Source of the DNA: Hydrolagus colliei
Taxonomy: Eukaryota
Assembly: GCA_035084275.1 (NCBI GenBank)
Contig: CM068778.1
Coordinates: 1,550,001 to 1,602,183, forward strand
Direction of reading: 5' to 3'
Length of the DNA stretch: 52,183 nucleotides
Every line of letters starts with the position of its first letter. Position 1 is the first letter of the stretch. Below are positions 49,196-52,183 of the stretch, piece by piece. Below the pieces are notes generated by a model. It was not told the origin of the DNA, ran no database searches, and saw nothing but the letters and a program-made list of their open reading frames with translations. Both the position numbers and the translations under genes were made by a program.

Positions 49196-49724
49196 TTCTG
49201 AAACAGCGAAGATGTTTGGACAAGGAACGTCGAACGAGAGAGAGAGATCATCGCAACTGAACCGCTTTCATTTAAAAATATATAGTTTTGGCAGGGCATA
49301 GAGATAGATTAGAGAGCTACAGTGCGAGTGTGGGGTAGAGAGAGCATCAGCACAGACGTAACAGAGAAAGAGAGAATGGGGGGTTAACGTTAGAGTAGAA
49401 AAGTCACATTTTGGGCAAATGAGCACTAGCGCAGAGATGATAGTGAGAGAGAAAGAGAGAGGATAAGGTGTTGGATTTAGATTATTTGGGGGGAATAACC
49501 CCTCTTATAGGCAAGCGAGAGGGAAAAAGAGGGAGAGCAGAGCGGTGGAATCCAGTGTGGTGACATGTGGGTGTGGAATGACAGGTTTTATTCCATGGCA
49601 AAGCTTTTGCTATTGTAATGTACAATTTGCTTACTTACTCACTTCCTTTTATTTACTTACTTACTTACTTACTTACTTACCACAGAGTAAGTGCAGACAC
49701 GTAGTGGAATGGCTCCTTTGTTTT

Positions 49725-49730
49725 ATTAAA
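49725..49730 (+). terminator. Possible polyadenylation signal ATTAAA
   Basis: First AWTAAA hexamer noticed after the stop codon (~530 nt downstream), followed by T-rich sequence; no transcript evidence. Confidence 0.3.
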
Positions 49731-49851
49731 TTCTGATTATTATTCACATTTAATTCTTATTAGTTATTTTTTGCTCTCGCTCATTGGTTTTGACCGTGAC
49801 CTCAAAATGGCCTTCAGAAGTGGCGTCTCAAAATGGCCGACAAAGGGACGG

Positions 49852-49886
<35 letters not shown>

Positions 49887-50039
49887 TGATGTGTTTCTCT
49901 CTGTGTTTCTGGCTCTATCATCCCCCTGTATATGTCTGTTTCTGCTGAATCTGTCCCGCTATCCATACCCCTCCCCATTGAGTCACTTGGAAAGATTATG
50001 ACTCAAGTTTCCAAGGCTCTGCTGATGTTGTAGCAAGAG

Positions 50040-50050
50040 GTCAGGTGCGC

Positions 50051-50093
<43 letters not shown>

Positions 50094-50130
50094 AGAGCAA
50101 GCGGATGTGGTGAGGTTCAGCTGTGGAAAC
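50040..50130 (+). promoter_or_regulatory. Candidate TRB enhancer core (ETS-RUNX composite with E-boxes)
   Basis: CGGATGTGGT at 50102-50111; E-boxes CAGGTG 50042-50047 and CAGCTG 50118-50123. Confidence 0.45.
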
Positions 50131-50513
50131 TTCTGCGCTCTGCGTGTGTTTTTAATGCGAGCAGAGTGTTTGCAGACACCTGCTGTCGCTTCCCCCCACC
50201 CATCTCTCCTCAACCCAATACTGCCTGTCTCAGTGCCTCTCTTTGTGTCGTTCTCTCCTTCGCTCTCTCTCTCTCTCTCCATCTTCATCTCTGTCTTTCT
50301 CTCATTCTCTGTCTCTTTCTGTCTTTTCTCTCGACCTCTCCATCTTTCCATTCACTGTTTTGCTTTGTCTCCCTATTTCCCTCACTATCCACTTGGCAGA
50401 TGCTACAAAAATGCAAGTTGTTTTTCTGTTTATGTCCGTGTGTGTGTGTTTGTATGCGTGTGCATTTCTGTATGTGTCTGCCTGTGTTTGTCTGTGTGTA
50501 TGTGTGTTTGTGT

Positions 50514-51285
50514 TAACATAAGAACATAACAATTAGGAGCAGGAGTAGGCCATTCGGCCCCTCAAGCCTGCCCCACCATTCGATAAGATCATGACTAATC
50601 TTCTAATCTAACTCCACATATCTCCATATCACTCTATCCCTTTATCCCTAAGAAATCTATCAATCTCAGTCTTGAATATGTTCAAGGACTGAGAATCTAT
50701 AGCCTTTTGGGGGAGAGAATTTCACAAATTCACTACCCTCTGAGTGAAGAAGATTTCCTCAACTCAATGCAAAAAGGCTGACACGTAATCTTAAAATTGT
50801 TACAGTGATAGTTTCTCCAACCTGGGGAAACAGTCTCCCAAAGTCTACTCTGCCGTGGCCCCTAATAATCTTGTAGGTTTCTATAAAATCACCTCTAATT
50901 CTTTTATATTCTAGAGAATTTAGGCCTAGATTACTCAACCTCTCCTCGTAGCTCAACTCTCCCATCCCAGGAACCAATTTAGTGAATCTACGCTGTATCC
51001 CCTCTAATGTCCTTTCTTAAATAAGGAGACCAAAACTGCACACAATCCTCTAGGTGCGGTCTCACCAGGGCCCTATACAGTTGCAGCAAGACTTCCCTAC
51101 TCTTATACTCCAACCCTTTTGTAATGAATGCCACAAATACCGTTAGCCTTCCTAATTGCTTGCTGTACCTGCAAACTAACTTTTTGTGACTGGTGTACAA
51201 GAACACCCAAGTGCCTCTGAACGCAAACACTAGCTAGTCTCTCCCCCATCTGGAAAGTAATCTGCTTTTCTATTTTTACTGCCTA
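50514..51285 (-). mobile_element. CR1 LINE 3' fragment
   Basis: ORFs 50759-50977 and 50988-51230 (LYRALVRPHLEDCVQFWSPY); tail AACATAAGAACATA...GGAGCAGGAGTAGGCCATTCGGCCC. Confidence 0.85.
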
Positions 51286-51639
51286 GGTGATGTATTTGTG
51301 TGTGTGTGTTGGTGTGTGTGTGTATGTTTTGTATGTTTGTGTGCCTGTGTGTTTCTATCTTTCTGTATGTTTGCATTTGTGTGTGTGCATTTGTGTGTGC
51401 GTCTGTCTGTCTTCTGTCACAAGATTGGTCTGGGTAAAGTACGTCCTTCAGCCCATCTGATTCTATTGGGTCCACAGCCCCCACCAGACCAGCCCCCACC
51501 ATCGCAGCTTCCAGTGTCCAGGCCTCAACCCCACATTTCCCCATTCTCCCCCCCCCCCCCCCCCACCTCCACCACCCCTCGCCCAGCAGCAGCCATTGTG
51601 TACACAGCATAAGTCCCATCATGTGCCATGATGTGAGTG

Positions 51640-51906
51640 ACAAATTTTATTTGGGGGACTGTTGGTTAGGTCACTCGAGAGGAATTCCTTTCTCTTTTCC
51701 AATTGCTCCCCCAGAAGATCTTTGTCGTCCAGGTAGATTGAACCCTAGTTTTAACATCTGACGGACGGCATCTCTGACAGTCAGGTGCTGTCCCCCAGTG
51801 CTGCACAGGAACATCGTCTTAGACTGTGATTCCAGGTCCTGATGTGGGGGGATTGAACCCACAACCTTGTGACACAAGAGACGAGATTGTGACCAATGAG
51901 CCAAGC
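51640..51906 (-). mobile_element. tRNA-headed SINE, possibly Deu-domain type
   Basis: Reverse complement starts GGCTTGGCTCATTGGTCAC...GTGGGTTCAATCCC (A/B boxes); central segment loosely resembles the Deu-domain from memory. Confidence 0.55.
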
Positions 51907-52183
51907 CAATACAGTAAACGTCTGGATGGTAGAATGAGGTTCCAGCTTTAAGACTACGTGTGCAGGATTGGGTTAATTAGGGAGAGTCAACTAACCCTAA
52001 CCCTATATGAAAATAATCCCAGCCTCTCCATTGTCTCCCATAAATACAGTCCCTGGTTCCCTTCAGGTAAATCTACTCCGTACTCTCTCCAAGGCCTTGA
52101 CATCCTTCTTGAACTGCTGTAGATTTCCATGTGGTAATTAGGGCAACTGGAGATCAGGGCAGTTCTATGAATGTAGTATATTA

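Noticed and set aside
49196-52183. Inverted V segment or second D-J-C cluster downstream of C (as with mammalian TRBV30)
   Set aside because: No V-like ORF, FGxG motif or RSS was found on either strand in the remaining 3 kb; one could lie beyond the window.

Overview
Vertebrate genomic DNA, most likely from a cartilaginous fish (inferred from the CR1/L2/tRNA-SINE repeat types and the C-region tail, not proven). The window holds the 3' part of a T-cell receptor beta-type (TRB) locus on the + strand. From 53 to 39026 there is a dense tandem array of 28 V segments, all from one family: 23 are intact and 5 are pseudogenes. Each intact V has a 49-nt leader exon, an intron, a V exon and a 23-spacer RSS. 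The array is followed by one D segment (GGGACAACAGGGAGC, flanked by 12/23 RSS, 40782-40796), two intact J segments, one probable pseudo-J, and a five-exon C gene (46760-49195) whose Ig domain is split by an intron. The V array is built from ~17-kb tandem segmental duplications. A 2.7-kb CR1 LINE interrupts two of the three copies of one pseudo-V. Candidate regulatory elements are a CTCF-like site between V and D, V promoter motifs, and an ETS-RUNX composite 3' of C. The window opens inside the array, so upstream V families or further D-J-C clusters cannot be excluded. Coordinates were read by hand; repeat boundaries are approximate.
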